Part shown: positions 35,961 to 38,484 of the stretch, one piece after another
How the letters are laid out: each line of letters begins with the position of its first letter
Numbering within the stretch: the first letter of the stretch is position 1
Made by a program: the position numbers and the translations under genes
The notes under the pieces: model-generated
Told to the model about the DNA's origin: nothing
The model's database searches: none
What the model saw: only the letters and a program-made list of their open reading frames with translations
Virus record (IMG/VR): IMGVR_UViG_3300031749_000016
Location: 1-38,484 of that record
Source: a virus
Taxonomy: Duplodnaviria > Caudoviricetes
DNA length: 38,484 nt
Strand: one strand, 5' to 3'

Positions 35961-36208
35961 ACAATTTTATTTTTAATATTCAAATAGCAAGATATAATCA
36001 TAAAGGTCAGACATACAGGGCATATATTGTTTGTTTTGCTCCTAAAGATAGCAATCAATGTGCTGTTTGGGGAGCATTTGATAGTAGAGAGGAAGCAGAA
36101 GAGGCAATCAAAAAATATTGTAATTGGGACGATAATGCTCTGAAAGCAATGTATGATGATAAATGTAGTAAAATTCTTTGGCATTCGGAAAATTTGAAAA
36201 AGAAATAG
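35957..36208 (+). CDS. Small protein (family B motif)
   Basis: RBS; WGAFDSREEAEEA motif. Confidence 0.7.
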   Translation: MNNFIFNIQIARYNHKGQTYRAYIVCFAPKDSNQCAVWGAFDSREEAEEAIKKYCNWDDNALKAMYDDKCSKILWHSENLKKK

Positions 36209-36227
36209 AAGAAACAAGCGATGAGAA

Positions 36228-36500
36228 ATGTATGAACTACGAAGGAGTATAATTTTACTAATACTTTTTTGGGTCATTCCAATAGTAATTCTATTAATAT
36301 TGAAAATATTGTATAATAGAATAGAAGAAATTGAAGTTGATGAGGCAATGGCTCTTTTGAGTGAAAGAGAACTACCTCATCAACTAAAGAACAAAAGGAG
36401 GAAAAAAGAATGGCATATATTCACCTATATAAAAACAATCCTACTCAAGGTGGAACCGATGGCACTCAAGTTTCAGAACAAACAGAAACGGAACCAGTAG
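36228..36500 (+). CDS. Possible small membrane protein
   Basis: One TM segment; weak RBS and 91-bp overlap with the next gene. Confidence 0.3.
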   Translation: MYELRRSIILLILFWVIPIVILLILKILYNRIEEIEVDEAMALLSERELPHQLKNKRRKKEWHIFTYIKTILLKVEPMALKFQNKQKRNQ

Positions 36501-36826
36501 TATTCGAATTTACATTGTCGGGATCTGATGTAACAGGGGATCCTTATAAATTAGCAATTAGATGTGAAAGTGGATATCAAACAAAATCAGGGGAAAATAC
36601 AACAATACAACCTTATGGAACTAATGCTTCGAAATGGAGATTAGCAGATGACAATAACGGACAACCAGGAACTTGGCAAGATTGGGGAGCATCACTCATA
36701 ATAACTAGTCAAATAGGAAGTACAAACAAAATATTTTGGATACAAGCAAAAGCAACAGCTGATGAAAATCCACAGAATGATACATCAGTTGACATCAAAA
36801 CAACTGCTACAATCGAAGCAGTATAA
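36410..36826 (+). CDS. Beta-rich structural protein (appendage module)
   Basis: Strong RBS; YKNNPTxGGTDGTxVS N-terminus, which I recall from phage proteins found next to DTxR-repeat genes. Confidence 0.6.
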   Translation: MAYIHLYKNNPTQGGTDGTQVSEQTETEPVVFEFTLSGSDVTGDPYKLAIRCESGYQTKSGENTTIQPYGTNASKWRLADDNNGQPGTWQDWGASLIITSQIGSTNKIFWIQAKATADENPQNDTSVDIKTTATIEAV

Positions 36827-36847
36827 AGACTTCCGGGAGGATTATAA

Positions 36848-38260
36848 TTGGCAATCTACTTTGTAGATGGTGATAACGGTTCGGATACCAATAACGGAAC
36901 ATCACCTGAAACTGCTTGGAAAACAATAGGAAAAGCCTGTTCTACTTTAGTAGCAGGGGATAAGGTATATATAAAACCTGGGACTTATAGAGAGCAAATG
37001 AATCCAGCGAATGCAGGTTCCTCTGGAAATGAAATTCAATATGTAGGAGATATAAATGGAGAATATTTTGGAGTAAAAGGATTTGTAAAAGTAACAAACC
37101 TAAATGCAGATACAGATATTTGGTGCACAAGGGATAGGGCTTTATCACATTTATCAAATAGACCATACTATATTTATCGAAATATTCTTTTTGAAGGTGC
37201 TTCTAAAAACGGAGAAAATACTCAGGTTATAGCATTACTATCAAGCTATGTAACATTTGAAAATTGTATTATATACAAAAGAGATGTTGCTCAATCTTCT
37301 TTTTATCTGGCCGGTATTATATTGTCTTGGGAGGGAAATACTACAAATTATACTTTTAAAAATTGTATCTTCATAGGGAATTACCAAAATGAAAATACTT
37401 CTAATACATTTAACGCTTTAGTATATTTCAATAATTCTTCTTCAGGTTCTTTAACTTGGATTTTTGAAAATTGTCTCTTTATGAATAGTTATAAAGCGAT
37501 AGGAATGGATTATCCGATATCTCCACTTTATATCAAAAATTGCATTTTTTGGAATGTATGGTGTGCTATACATTCAACTACTAATTATTTTGGATATTGG
37601 GACCATTTGAATCTTTACAATAATTTGTTTAAAGATGTCTACTACACAACAAACAACTCCAGCAATGTAATAGAGGGACAAGGTGGAAATTATAAAGAAG
37701 GAGTAAGAATGATTTATCCTTCTACCTTAGTTTTAAACCAAATAACTGCTCCAATCTTAAATATTTCAAGTATGTATGAAGTTTTAAAAGATTTTGCAAG
37801 AACATTATCTGGAAAAGGAACAAGCGGTGGAACTACCTATGATTTTATGAATAATCCAAGACCCTTAAATGATGGATATGATGTGGGTTGCGCAGAATGG
37901 AATCCAAGCCCTACAAAAGAAAATTCGATAGTAAGAAGTGGAAATGCTTCATTAAAAATCTCCAAAGCAGGATATGTAGACAAAGTAGTTTGGCTTTCAA
38001 GTGGCTCTCATACAATTTCAGTTTATACAAAATGGAGTGGATATTCTGGAACTAACAAACCACAATTGATAATAAAACAAGATAATTATTGTGGTATATC
38101 TTCAGACCAAGTAGCAACAGCAATAGGTGATGGAAGCAATTGGGAGCAATTAAGTGTGAATATAACCTTGACAAAAGATGCTTTAGTTGAATATAGATTA
38201 TATGCAAGAGATACAGGAAGCTCAGCGGTGACTTATTTTGATGATGATAATGTGACATAA
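36848..38260 (+). CDS. Right-handed beta-helix (pectin lyase-like) protein with C-terminal CBM-like domain
   Basis: YFVDG..GSD.N.GTSP..AWKTI..A...GD.VYIKPGTY, repeated FENC/FKNC coils, DVGCAE, jelly-roll ending YFDD. Confidence 0.8.
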   Translation: MAIYFVDGDNGSDTNNGTSPETAWKTIGKACSTLVAGDKVYIKPGTYREQMNPANAGSSGNEIQYVGDINGEYFGVKGFVKVTNLNADTDIWCTRDRALSHLSNRPYYIYRNILFEGASKNGENTQVIALLSSYVTFENCIIYKRDVAQSSFYLAGIILSWEGNTTNYTFKNCIFIGNYQNENTSNTFNALVYFNNSSSGSLTWIFENCLFMNSYKAIGMDYPISPLYIKNCIFWNVWCAIHSTTNYFGYWDHLNLYNNLFKDVYYTTNNSSNVIEGQGGNYKEGVRMIYPSTLVLNQITAPILNISSMYEVLKDFARTLSGKGTSGGTTYDFMNNPRPLNDGYDVGCAEWNPSPTKENSIVRSGNASLKISKAGYVDKVVWLSSGSHTISVYTKWSGYSGTNKPQLIIKQDNYCGISSDQVATAIGDGSNWEQLSVNITLTKDALVEYRLYARDTGSSAVTYFDDDNVT

Positions 38261-38484
38261 TGGAAAAATGGTATAAGAATCTACCTTATTTAAATTATGA
38301 AAAAGAAGATACAAGTGGATTAGAAAAATGGTATAAAGGAACACCATTTCTTTATCTATATGCGGGTGGAGCAATATTGATTGAAATTTTTTCTGATACT
38401 TTTAGAAAAATATCAATTCAATTCGAAATATTTTTTGATACTAAAAGAAAAATATTTACATTAGAAGAGATTTATTCTGATATT
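38260..38484 (+). CDS. 5' part of the SDTxR repeat gene (continues across the junction to 1145)
   Basis: TAATG overlap; MEKWYKNLPYL...LEKWYKGTPFL...ILIEIFSDT in frame with the ORF at 51. Confidence 0.85.
   Translation, partial: MEKWYKNLPYLNYEKEDTSGLEKWYKGTPFLYLYAGGAILIEIFSDTFRKISIQFEIFFDTKRKIFTLEEIYSDI
38327..38484. repeat. Terminal direct repeat/assembly overlap, right copy
   Basis: Identical to 1-158 except one base. Confidence 0.97.

Larger units (their letters stand above)
1..38484 (+). mobile_element. Complete tailed dsDNA bacteriophage genome (siphovirus-like), circular assembly
   Basis: Terminase, portal, capsid, tape measure, lysis and replication modules; terminal 158-bp overlap; no host housekeeping genes; single coding strand. 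Confidence 0.95.

Noticed and set aside
776-38258. All minus-strand ORFs in the track
   Set aside because: They are antisense shadows of + strand genes, with Phe/Ser/Ile-rich composition and no recognisable motifs
1-38484. Integrase/CI lysogeny module, tRNA genes, alternative genetic code
   Set aside because: None recognisable; standard code gives dense, tightly coupled ORFs

Overview
The window is an apparently complete, circularly assembled tailed dsDNA phage genome. The unit length is 38,326 bp, and bases 1-158 repeat at 38327-38484 with one mismatch. It is very AT-rich and every credible gene is on the + strand. Gene order: fibre/appendage-like module (wraps the junction), terminase, portal, MuF fused to an ADP-ribosyltransferase-like domain, an accessory head-region locus, protease/scaffold/Mu-gpT-like capsid fusion, siphovirus-like tail, lysis module, early genes, then recombination/replication, MTase and HNH. 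I found no integrase, CI-type repressor, polymerase, tRNA or CRISPR array. The most striking locus (6926-11782) lies inside the head module. A QueT-family queuosine-precursor transporter is translationally coupled to a 1164-aa polyprotein (TGT/DpdA-like barrel, metallo-beta-lactamase hydrolase, Pol-beta-like nucleotidyltransferase, ATP-dependent ligase, toxin-like tip), followed by a LigD-type 3'-phosphoesterase. Domain junctions carry hydrophobic-x-Glu motifs like those in the capsid scaffold, suggesting a protease-processed, virion-delivered kit for base modification and end healing/sealing. Other notable signals are strong genome-wide CATG avoidance, a papain-like protease with a cell-envelope stalk domain in the lysis cassette, nested in-frame starts in the endolysin and capsid genes, a pair of dif-like sites, two dispersed paralog families, and a candidate origin. 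All domain calls come from motif recognition by eye, not from database searches.
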